From NCBI GenBank assembly GCA_949293185.1, contig CASFCQ010000006.1, positions 3,389 to 67,388 on the forward strand: a stretch of 64,000 nt of DNA. The letters are read 5' to 3'. The position numbers and the translations under genes are program-made. The notes under the pieces were generated by a model, which ran no database searches, was not told where the DNA came from, and saw only the letters and a list, made by a program, of their open reading frames with translations. The DNA comes from an uncultured bacterium (GTDB lineage: Bacteria > Cyanobacteriota > Vampirovibrionia > Gastranaerophilales > Gastranaerophilaceae). Below are positions 39,539 through 47,900 of this stretch, piece after piece (the first letter of the stretch is position 1; each line of letters opens with the position of its first letter).

Positions 39539-41156
39539 CTATTGTCATCACTCCGCTCGAACAAATTTGTTCATCTCGTTTATACATATAATTTATCAAA
39601 TTATTTTTTCTTTCAAATACAAGCTTAAGTTTTTCATCAGGCTTAATAATTTTTGAAAACTTAATTTTTTTTACACAATCATTTGAAACACCGTTTCCAA
39701 AAGCGTCTGATGCAAAGAAATGCGCAAAATACAGCTGTACAACCCCCGGCAATACAGGGAATCCGTTAAAATGGCCTGTAAAGAAATTGCAGCTTAAAGG
39801 GAATGTTAAGTCATATACGGCACTGTGAGAATCTTTTTGGACTCCGAAAACAAACGGCATTGAAATATTGGTTTTAAAAATTCTTTCAAGTTTTTCTGTA
39901 TCAATTTTACCCGTCTTGGTTTTTGGAAGCTCGTGCAAAAATTTCCATTTTTGCGGAACAATTTCCACTCTGTCTTTTAAAGTGTTTTTAAAAAAAGATG
40001 TAAGTTTTAATATTGAATTATCTTTATCAAAAAACAAATCGATTCCTTTTACTGTCAACACAACTGCACATGCAAGTTTTTCACCTGACTTAAAACACCA
40101 GCAGGATTGAATCAAATGAGGCACAGAGTTTATAAGTTCTGTTTCCACCTCCGGAGCTGATACTCTTTTTTCCTGAATTTTAAAAACTCTGTCAGCCCTG
40201 CCACGCAGTACAAAATGTTTGTCATCTTTTATCTGTACAATATCGCCGAGCGTAACAGAATCCTGAATAAAAAACGGAGAAGATACAACAAGCTGAGAGT
40301 TGTCATCCGTTGATATTTTTACTCTGTTCAAAACAGTCAAGTCTTTATCATCACCACAGCTTCTGTAAGCTATTGTGCCTGTTTCCGTACTTCCGTAAAT
40401 ATCAATAACATTACCGGAGTGATTAAGATATTTAAAAAGTCCGTTATTTAATTTTGCACCTGCACTAAAAATAAGAAAAGGCGAGTAACTGTTTTTTACC
40501 TCATATTTTTGAAATTTTTCAAGAAACGATGGTGTAGAGATAAACACGCTATCTTTAAAATCCGCGTCATCTGGATAGCAGACTTCTGTTGTATCAAGCA
40601 CAAAAGACCCCCAAAAGCATAGTGGAAGCATAAAATAAAAAGAAAAAGCAAACATATGCTGCGGATGTGTTGAAGTTAAAAATCTGAACTGTGTATTATC
40701 ACATTTTGATAAAGCAAAAAACTCTTCATAAAGACAATTAGCTTCTGCTATCACATTAGCAAGAGTTTTTTGCACATTTTTTGGCTGCGAAGTTGAACCT
40801 GATGTATAAAAGTTTATTAAAACATTTTCAGGCTCTATCCTAAAAAAATCCGGCTGTTCAGCAGGTTGAAGTGATTTGTCAACAACAATGTATTCAAAAT
40901 CCAAATATTTAAGCTTCGATGCATCGGTAAGAAGAAAAATATGTTTTCCTGAAAAAATACACGAGAAAAACCACACGCAAAAATCAAACGCACATCTGCT
41001 TAAAATAACTACGTTATCTGCTTTTTGAGTGTTTAAAAACGCAGCACCTGCGGCAACAAAGTTTTTAAATTCTTTTAATAAAAAATTTTTTTCTTTGTGT
41101 ATGAACAGAGTTTTGTCATCAAATTGTTTTGTATGAAATATATCAAACAGATTCAT
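39525..41156 (-). CDS. AMP-dependent (aryl/acyl) ligase fused to FabA/FabZ-like dehydratase (ApeH+ApeI-like)
   Basis: 543 aa with adenylation motifs YTSGSTSQPK, YGSTETG and KTKTGK. The C-terminal FTGHFNGFPVLPGV is a hotdog dehydratase signature. Confidence 0.8.
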   Translation of the reverse strand: MNLFDIFHTKQFDDKTLFIHKEKNFLLKEFKNFVAAGAAFLNTQKADNVVILSRCAFDFCVWFFSCIFSGKHIFLLTDASKLKYLDFEYIVVDKSLQPAEQPDFFRIEPENVLINFYTSGSTSQPKNVQKTLANVIAEANCLYEEFFALSKCDNTQFRFLTSTHPQHMFAFSFYFMLPLCFWGSFVLDTTEVCYPDDADFKDSVFISTPSFLEKFQKYEVKNSYSPFLIFSAGAKLNNGLFKYLNHSGNVIDIYGSTETGTIAYRSCGDDKDLTVLNRVKISTDDNSQLVVSSPFFIQDSVTLGDIVQIKDDKHFVLRGRADRVFKIQEKRVSAPEVETELINSVPHLIQSCWCFKSGEKLACAVVLTVKGIDLFFDKDNSILKLTSFFKNTLKDRVEIVPQKWKFLHELPKTKTGKIDTEKLERIFKTNISMPFVFGVQKDSHSAVYDLTFPLSCNFFTGHFNGFPVLPGVVQLYFAHFFASDAFGNGVSNDCVKKIKFSKIIKPDEKLKLVFERKNNLINYMYKRDEQICSSGVMTIDEKD

Positions 41157-41161
41157 TTTTA

Positions 41162-41593
41162 TTACAAATTATGTTTCTTTTTAAAACGGATTCTAAAAAT
41201 ATATTCTATCGCAAAAAACAGCCCCAGTAAAATATAAGATACGCAGCCGTTAAAAATCATCCAAATTTTATCCGACATAAAGAGTGTTGCAACAGACGCA
41301 AAAAACTGTATGAGTAAATATATACACCAGATGTAGGTCAGATTTTTTGTATAAGCTTTTGTTTTCGGGTGCAGCTCTCCCCCGCCCTCTGAAATACGCG
41401 CAAATTTTTGTATAACTGTTTCTTTGTCAAAAAGCGAGGAAAAAAATATCAGAAAAATACAAAAGTTCATTATCACAGGGTACAATTTCAACTCTCTCAA
41501 CCCTGTAAAATAAAAAAGTGCAATAACAAAAAAAGTAAACAGGGTTGAAAAAACGAAGCCGAACTTTTGAAAAATATTACGAAGCTTTTTCAT
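41162..41593 (-). CDS. small integral membrane protein (ApeG-like position)
   Basis: 143 aa with 4 predicted TM helices. Its 4-nt overlap with the upstream ACP gene suggests translational coupling. Confidence 0.6.
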   Translation of the reverse strand: MKKLRNIFQKFGFVFSTLFTFFVIALFYFTGLRELKLYPVIMNFCIFLIFFSSLFDKETVIQKFARISEGGGELHPKTKAYTKNLTYIWCIYLLIQFFASVATLFMSDKIWMIFNGCVSYILLGLFFAIEYIFRIRFKKKHNL

Positions 41594-41844
41594 TGAGCAA
41601 GAAGCTTTTCTACCGCATCAACAACATCATCAACGGTTCTGATTTCTTTAAAATTGTCAGGCGAAATTTTTTTGTTTGTATATTCCTGTAGTCTTACAGC
41701 AAGGTCAACGGCATCAATACTGTCGAACTCTAAATCTTCAAACAAATTTGCATCAGCTGAAATTTTTTCCTGTTCAATTTCAAAATCATTGACAAGAATG
41801 TCTTTTAATACGTTAAAAATTTCATCTCTTGAATATTCTGCCAT
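41590..41844 (-). CDS. acyl carrier protein
   Basis: 84 aa with the phosphopantetheine site in LEFDSIDAVDL. Confidence 0.9.
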   Translation of the reverse strand: MAEYSRDEIFNVLKDILVNDFEIEQEKISADANLFEDLEFDSIDAVDLAVRLQEYTNKKISPDNFKEIRTVDDVVDAVEKLLAQ

Positions 41845-41856
41845 ATTTACAATACC

Positions 41857-42126
41857 TTATGCCTGAGTGTTTCTGATAAAATCAGCCAATGTTTTTACAG
41901 AATAGAAATGTTTTTTGTTTTCTTCTTTGTCGCTGCCCAAAGAAAGTTTATATTTTTTCTTTAAAGCCATACCGAGTTCCAGAGCATCAATAGAATCTAA
42001 CCCCAAACCGTCAATAAATAAAGGGGCATCAGTATCGATGTCAGAAGGCTTGATATCCTCCAGCTCCAATGATTCGACTATAAAAGTTTTTAATTCGTCT
42101 TCCAGACTCAAATTTTGATTATCCAT
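41857..42126 (-). CDS. acyl carrier protein
   Basis: 89 aa with the phosphopantetheine site in GLGLDSIDALEL. Confidence 0.9.
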   Translation of the reverse strand: MDNQNLSLEDELKTFIVESLELEDIKPSDIDTDAPLFIDGLGLDSIDALELGMALKKKYKLSLGSDKEENKKHFYSVKTLADFIRNTQA

Positions 42127-42189
42127 AAAAACATTATTGCGTAATAGATAATTAAAGTCAATTCAAAGTTATACCTACTGTTTTAAGAT

Positions 42190-42312
42190 GTCCGAGAAAA
42201 ATTCGTGATAAGGAGCAAAGCGACGTGAACGAATTTTTGGAGGGTCACATTGAAAAGGTGAGCAGTGACGGCTCGAAGGCTCGAGGCGGCAACTGCGACA
42301 CTAGATTAGATA
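42190..42312. repeat. ~85-nt intergenic element, copy 2, carrying a 37-nt GC-rich insertion (42262-42298)
   Basis: Aligns with 15485-15570. The extra segment GCAGTGACGGCTCGAAGGCTCGAGGCGGCAACTGCGA interrupts the second GTGACAC repeat. Confidence 0.7.
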
Positions 42313-42325
42313 AAAATACTGCATG

Positions 42326-42334
42326 TGGTATAAT
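42326..42334 (+). promoter_or_regulatory. extended -10 promoter TGGTATAAT facing the CRISPR array
   Basis: Perfect TGnTATAAT. The predicted TSS near 42341-42342 coincides with the ATGATG at 42339-42344. Confidence 0.4.
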
Positions 42335-42338
42335 AAAA

Positions 42339-42497
42339 ATGATGAAACAACATTCGATGATTATATTTTTTAATATAGGTTCTTTGCTGATGCTGATTAT
42401 AAGCAGCAATCTTGGGATTGACACGAGTAAGTATTGTCTGTTCTGGGCACTGGGAAATATAGCAATATACCAAATTGAGAAGAAATATAAAGGTTGA
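42339..42497 (+). CDS. possible 52-aa membrane peptide (leaderless?)
   Basis: MMKQHSMIIFFNIGSLLMLIISSNLGIDTSKYCLFWALGNIAIYQIEKKYKG. This is the C-terminal part of track ORF 42225-42497, whose N-terminal part overlaps the non-coding repeat element. Confidence 0.3.
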   Translation: MMKQHSMIIFFNIGSLLMLIISSNLGIDTSKYCLFWALGNIAIYQIEKKYKG

Positions 42498-42771
42498 AGA
42501 GTTTTGTTAATTACATATGAATTCTAACCCTAACATCAAAATGTTATAATACCAAGAGGCAAGGATAATAATCCACATTGGTTCTGATTTCTCTTAATTT
42601 AAAATATGTTATAATTGAAATTATCTAAATAACATCTTTTTTTATGTTTTGATTTTCTCTTAATTTAATTTTTTAGCAGGCGTTTTTAACCTATAATGTA
42701 TTCAGGGTAGTACCACACTCCCGCCGCACACGCATTTTACTAAGAAATCTGCGGAAAGGGGGTGAAAAAAT

Positions 42772-42846
42772 ATGACCAAGATAATAATAAAGACCGTTAT
42801 AACGGTTCTTATAACGGTCTTACAAATTATCATTTATTGGTTATAG
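42772..42846 (+). CDS. 24-aa hydrophobic peptide, type I toxin-like
   Basis: AAGGGGGTG SD lies 8 nt before the ATG. Peptide is MTKIIIKTVITVLITVLQIIIYWL. The SD pairs with upstream CACTCCC in a 12-bp GC-rich hairpin (42716-42764). A hairpin lies downstream at 42857-42887. Confidence 0.45.
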   Translation: MTKIIIKTVITVLITVLQIIIYWL

Positions 42847-42900
42847 GGTACTAAGTGAAGCTCTAAGGAAGTATTCTTTAGGGCTTCCCCCTACAATTAC

Positions 42901-42928
42901 AGTATAACATATTTGGCTTAAATATCAA
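42901..42928 (-). promoter_or_regulatory. antisense promoter convergent on the small ORF
   Basis: On the minus strand: TTGATA (42928-42923), 16-nt spacer ending in TGT, and TATACT (42906-42901). The predicted antisense RNA would cover the 3' hairpin and the 3' half of the ORF. A possible stop is the AAGACCG...CGGTCTT hairpin (42821-42790) followed by a T-rich run. Confidence 0.45.
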
Positions 42929-43543
42929 CTTTGCCAACTTTGTGTTTTTGGGCTTATATTAATTTAAAATATGTTATAATGGAATAACTTTTATTCCTTT
43001 ACTTTGCCAGGTTTTGATTTTCTCTTAATTTAAAATATGTTATAATTTTTGAGCCGGTCGCAATTTGACCACTATCGTTTTGATTTTCTCTTAATTTAAA
43101 ATATGTTATAATCTCAGGTGATTCCGCACAGCTGGCAAGCTGTTTTGATTTTCTCTTAATTTAAAATATGTTATAATGTCTAATGAATGTATTTGCATTT
43201 TTGCTCCGTTTTGATTTTCTCTTAATTTAAAATATGTTATAATGGCAAAGGCTCTAAGTCATTACCTAAAATGGTTTTGATTTTCTCTTAATTTAAAATA
43301 TGTTATAATTTTCCACCAGATTAAATCGCCGTTGATACCGTTTTGATTTTCTCTTAATTTAAAATATGTTATAATCAAGACTTAATGTTAATGTACCCCC
43401 GAGAGGTTTTGATTTTCTCTTAATTTAAAATATGTTATAATGGTAATTCAGTTCCTTTTATCAGTCTTAAGTTTTGATTTTCTCTTAATTTAAAATATGT
43501 TATAATAGGATATACAAAATTGAATAAATGATATATAATACAA

Positions 43544-43675
43544 ACGTAATATATTTTAAGTTAAGAGACCAATCATAATTGACAAGAGAATAGTTTGCTC
43601 CTCTGCTTAATTGTACGAATAGACTCATTCTCTAAACCTCAACAAAATACACTACAATGATATTCTACCTTAAAA
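43544..43675 (+). ncRNA. tracrRNA (3' end uncertain)
   Basis: Anti-repeat 43546-43579 pairs with repeat positions 1-33, with a small internal bulge and a few G-U pairs. An extended -10-like TGATATATAAT lies just upstream. Same orientation as the crRNAs and convergent with cas2. AGAGAAT / ATTCTCT stem at 43585-43633. Confidence 0.75.
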
Positions 43676-44005
43676 TTACCAGAATGTCATCTGTTTTTCT
43701 GCATTTTCGCCTGCTTTTTTCTTGTATTTTGATTGTTTATAATCATACTTGTCTATACACACAGCAAGCCCCCACTGTTTGTCCGTTATATAAAAAGCCA
43801 CTATTGAACCTGTTGAGGGTGCTATGAGTTTTAAATTTCTTATGTGCTGTTCTGTTTTGTCATAAGTTACGCAAGACCTTACATATATTGAGTTTTGCAG
43901 CATAAAATACCCTTGATTCAACAAAGATTTTCTGAACGCATTTGCCTGTCTCTGGTTTTATTTTTCCACAACAGGCAAATCAAAACACACAACAAGCCAG
44001 CCCAT
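43676..44005 (-). pseudogene. cas2: cas2 with in-frame TAA at codon 16
   Basis: ATG at 44005 lies 8 nt after the cas1 stop, with a GAGGAG SD. Reads MGWLVVCFDLPVVEK-stop(43960-43958)-NQRQANAFRKSLLNQGYFMLQNSIYVR... in one frame. The track ORF 43676-43924 is only the distal part. Confidence 0.8.
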
Positions 44006-44012
44006 ACGATAT

Positions 44013-44960
44013 TTACTCCTCATATTCCCTGTTCCTGTGTTTGTCTATGTGCAGATATTGTTCGTTTATGTCAGGCAAAAATATCTTTGAACAATCAAAT
44101 TTTGTATAAGCATCAACTATTTTTTCCACGTAAATATCTATTGTGTCAATGAGCTTGTAGCTTATGTTATCTATTTTTATTCTGTAATTTTTTATACATT
44201 CTGACAGGTATTTAAACCAGGCTTTGTAATTTTCCTGTTCGTAATCAAATTCGCACTCCTGTACAAATTGATAAAAATAATAATCAATAAAAGCCCTGTA
44301 CGGCTCCATTAAGTCATAAACAAGCGGCGTACTTTTGTATTTGCCTTTGTGGTGAATACCGAGGCTTGCAATTAGACCGTGAACTATAACAGAGCGGTAA
44401 ACCAGAGAATTTATTACTGCATAGCCGTAATTAAGACAGCCGTTTTCAAAGGTTTCTGCTGCCAGATGTTCTCTTTTCATAGGGTTGCCGATTTCGACAA
44501 AATAATTCTGCCAGTACTGTTTTGCTATGTTTGCTTCATTCATAAGCGGACGGTTTATCAGGTTATACAGGTTGTGTCCACTGCAGCCGATAAGGTCAAG
44601 ATTTTTTGCCTGATTTGTTACTTTAGCGAGCAGTATCTTTTTCCACAACTTAGTTTCAAAATCTATGTTTTGCTCTATCTGGCAATAAAAAACTTTAGGG
44701 CGTACAATCCTTTCTAAAGGTACGCTCCAACCTACGGGACGGTATGAAGTGTTGCAGTGCAGTATAACCACGTTATTTTCTAAAAGCCGTGCCAAACAGT
44801 TGTTGGAAAAAGCTATGCCCTGTGCTGCAACAATAATGGCACGTATGTCCGCTAAGGCAATTGATTTTATTTCGCCTTCTTTATTTTTGCAAAACAACAG
44901 CCCCCTCTCAACTGAGAGGTAACAATCGGGTGTAGTGATATGCAGAATATGATAACTCAT
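44013..44960 (-). CDS. cas1: CRISPR-associated endonuclease Cas1 (type II)
   Basis: 315 aa with the conserved acidic/His residue context (KREHLAAETFENGCLNYGYAV, GIHH, DLMEPYR). Confidence 0.93.
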   Translation of the reverse strand: MSYHILHITTPDCYLSVERGLLFCKNKEGEIKSIALADIRAIIVAAQGIAFSNNCLARLLENNVVILHCNTSYRPVGWSVPLERIVRPKVFYCQIEQNIDFETKLWKKILLAKVTNQAKNLDLIGCSGHNLYNLINRPLMNEANIAKQYWQNYFVEIGNPMKREHLAAETFENGCLNYGYAVINSLVYRSVIVHGLIASLGIHHKGKYKSTPLVYDLMEPYRAFIDYYFYQFVQECEFDYEQENYKAWFKYLSECIKNYRIKIDNISYKLIDTIDIYVEKIVDAYTKFDCSKIFLPDINEQYLHIDKHRNREYEE

Positions 44961-44997
44961 ATTCTGTTTTTAATAATCATTTTTTAAAAATCAATGT

Positions 44998-47900
44998 TTA
45001 AGAACTATGTTTTTTGAAATTTGCATCAGTAAGGTTTTTTACACTTGAATCAATTTCAATTCCGTTATTACTTTCTAATTTTAAAACCCCATTTGTTTTA
45101 ATTGTTCTCAACTTATACACACCAGCAGGATGTGTAACAGTGCCGGCTTTAAACTCATTCGGGATATCAACAAGACAGCCGGAGTAGAACATTTGACCGC
45201 CCGCGTACAGTTTGCAGCCCATTTCAACAAGCTTGTCTCTTACTTCCTGTGTCTTTTTGTTGGAATACACGGGCATAACTTTTACAGCACCTTTGTCGTT
45301 GTAGTAGAGTATTTGCCCTTTATGTCCTTTTGAGCATTTAAACTGTCCCTTAGTGCCTTTTGTTCCGTAGTCGCAGTATTCTCCGATTCTGTCACGTCCG
45401 TTTGAGTCTTGCTCAAGTGTACCTTCTGAAACGACAATCATAACTTTTTTGACTTTTGTTTTCTTTTTGGGATGAATATAGTCTTTAAGGTAGTTATACC
45501 ACTCGTCCGCTGAAGGCTTTTGTTCGAGCTTGTTTAAGAGGTCTGTTTTTATAGCCTCATCGACTATATTTCTTACCTTTTTATCTTTGGGTTCAAGTGT
45601 TTCCAGCGTAACTCTGTTTGTTATACAGGCTTTGCCGTTGATTATTCGTTTTCCGTATATTGTTTCAAGCGGTCTTGTGTTGCTTTTTAAGGCTTTTTTA
45701 TTTGCATAAGGATAAGGTATTATGCCGTCTATAACCTTTTTTACAACATCAGGATTAAAGCCTTCTATAACGTCTTTGTTCAGAGTTTTGTCATACTTAA
45801 ATTCTCTTGCGTAACTTATACAAATAGCATCGAGAGCGTGGTGTTTGTCGTTCTGGCGGTTTTTCTTTTCCGCATCGCCGAGTATTGCATTAAGCCCGTA
45901 TCTTTTTCGGATTGCAAAAGTTGAAGAACCGTTATTTACATAGATATGTCTGCTTTCGCCTTCCACCTGCAAGCCCCAGCCGAAAGTAAACGCTGTAATT
46001 TGCTGTGCAATTTTGGCAATATGACTTGTTTCTGCCAGTCCGTTATAACTTTCAATAAGTTTTTCACAATCTTGCGGTTTGCTTGTTAACAGTTCGTATT
46101 TTTTCTTACCGAGTTGTTTTTTTATGTCATTAAGTCTGTTAACGTAATTTGCCCAGATTTCCTTGTCTTTGGAAAGCCATTCATAAGGAGTTCGTCCCTG
46201 TTTTTTCTGGTTCTCTGCCCTGAAACAGAGCACTTTGTTATATAATGCATCATTGCCGCCCATTGTCCGCGGATAAATGTGGTCAATCTCGCATTTATCA
46301 AAGTCGGAAATTGCAATAGGCTGCCCGCTATAGATACATTTTCCGCCCTGAATCTTTAATAGTTTTGCTTTTTCAAAATTTGTCGGACTCAAAGCGTTTG
46401 CGTCAACGAGTTCCTGTTTTATCTGGTTGTTTTCTTTTTCCTGATTTTTCATATAAGATTCGGCACTCTGGGCTTTGATTCTGCCAAACAGTGAGTTATC
46501 CGCACCTTCTCTTACAAATTCAAAGATAACTTCATCGGGTTTTCCGTATTTTTCTGCAAGATAAAACAGTAAATCCCTGAAAATTTGCAGACGGTTTCTT
46601 ACAACAGGATTGGTTATACCGCCTATCATTAGATCTGTTTTTTCTCTTGTGTTTTCACCTATAGCCGCATTTTCATTCCTGTTGTCAGGTATATAGAGAT
46701 TATTCCAGCCCCCTATTTTTGACAGCATTGTGCGGATTTCTTCTTCCGTTATTCCGTCTTTTGTGTCTTGCGGGTCTATGTATTTTGAAACCTCCATATT
46801 TTGAGGATACAATTCGCCAGAGAGGATTATATCTATCATAATTTGACAGGCTCTGCGGCAAAAAGATGAACGCCCGCTGATATCAGCTTTCATAGGTTCA
46901 ATTTTGTCTATAATTTTTTGTCCGATTACGTCTTCAATTTCTTTTTTAGTAATTGTTGTATCGAGTTTATTGGCTCTGCCTTCTGTTTTAACAAGCCAGT
47001 TTTGATAAATTGTACTTATATCAGACGGGCTGAGTCTGACTTTATCACCGCTGCCGTTTGTTATTCTCAAATTTTTTAATTTTAACAAGAGCACCAGAGT
47101 AACGTTTTCGAGAGTATTTGCTTTGCAAACATTTCTTTTAGGCAGAAGTTTGCATTTGCTGATAATTCTGTTGTCGAATCTCGGAATTTTCTGCCCTAAC
47201 ACACCTTGCCAATCGTGTTCGCTGCCGAGATATTTGCGATAATCAGGGTTTACATAAGAACCGTAGGCTTCTCTATATTCGCCGTACAAAAATTCTTCAG
47301 GAGTATATTTCTTCAATTCCGGCAATTGTTTTTGAGCGTTTGTCCAAAGAGCAGTTAATTCTTTTTCAACAAGGTTTCTCGGTGCTACATAGTTTGTTGC
47401 ACGTACTTTGTTGAAATTTTGCTGGGGGTTGAACGGTTTAAATTCGTCCGGTGAGTCCTCTGACCACATGCCGAGTCTTAATGCATCATAGTAGCAGGGG
47501 TATTTGTAGTTTTCGTTTTGAATTAATTCTTCGCCGTTTTCCTGTGTGTATTTTTTAGCAAGTTCGAGATTTTCTTTGTCATCGTCAGCCTGGGCTGATT
47601 TCCAGGCCAGATTCGGGTCATACCCTCTGCGCTGCATTGCGTTATGCAGTGCTTTATATATCTGCCAGATTTCAAGTTTTCTGTTTTGAAGAAGTGCGAT
47701 TCTTAAAAGACAGGAATTATAAATCGTAGAATCCCCTTTAGCTGCAAATTCTTTTGTGAATTTTTTGTCATCTTTGCTTAAAATCTCAAGATTGCAATCC
47801 TGCCATATTTTATCAAAATATTTTTCACGTGCTTTATGAGCATTAAGGGTTCTGAAGATTCGTCTTCTGTCCCTTAATGAAGCAGCATCAGCATGATCAA

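Larger units (their letters stand above)
42669..42958 (+). mobile_element. 290-bp insertion inside a CRISPR repeat, flanked by 9-bp direct duplication TTAATTTAA
   Basis: The left flank matches repeat positions 1-23 and the right flank matches positions 15-36, so positions 15-23 are present twice (42660-42668 and 42959-42967). No clear terminal inverted repeats and no transposase. Confidence 0.6.
42515..43506 (+). CRISPR. CRISPR array, 36-bp repeat GTTTTGATTTTCTCTTAATTTAAAATATGTTATAAT, 10 spacers of 29-30 bp
   Basis: Eight identical repeats start at 43011, 43077, 43142, 43208, 43274, 43340, 43406 and 43471. One repeat is split (42646-42668 and 42959-42980). A 35-bp variant lies at 42581-42615 and a degenerate remnant ends at 42550. 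The sense strand is inferred from the repeat-internal TGTTATAAT and from the anti-repeat. Confidence 0.97.

Noticed and set aside
42133-42161. A possible minus-strand promoter TTGACT-17-AATAAT lies immediately upstream of the first ACP gene.
   Set aside because: The -10 ends only about 6 nt before the ATG, which would imply a leaderless ACP mRNA. The hexamers are weak, so it is not reportable without TSS data.
42616-42705. CreA-like control: one of the old spacers (42551-42580 or 42616-42645) could partially match the promoter of the inserted small ORF.
   Set aside because: Checking by eye on both strands found only short AT-rich coincidences (6-7 nt) and no PAM-proximal seed match of useful length.
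42929-42937. A 9-nt identity (ACTTTGCCA) exists between spacer 3 (42981-43010) and the insertion, next to the antisense promoter -35.
   Set aside because: The last, PAM-proximal spacer base is mismatched. A 9-mer match between 10 spacers and a 290-bp region is expected by chance about half the time.
42515-43506. Self-targeting spacers, meaning any spacer that matches elsewhere in this window.
   Set aside because: I saw no extended match while reading. This cannot be excluded without an actual alignment of the 10 spacers against the window and genome.
43958-43960. The in-frame TAA in cas2 could reflect stop-codon reassignment or programmed read-through.
   Set aside because: TAA is used as the ordinary stop of many neighbouring genes (for example cas1 at 44013-44015, the acyltransferase at 48049-48051 and cas2 itself at 43676-43678). 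No other gene in the window needs TAA read-through. A point mutation or sequencing error is far more likely.
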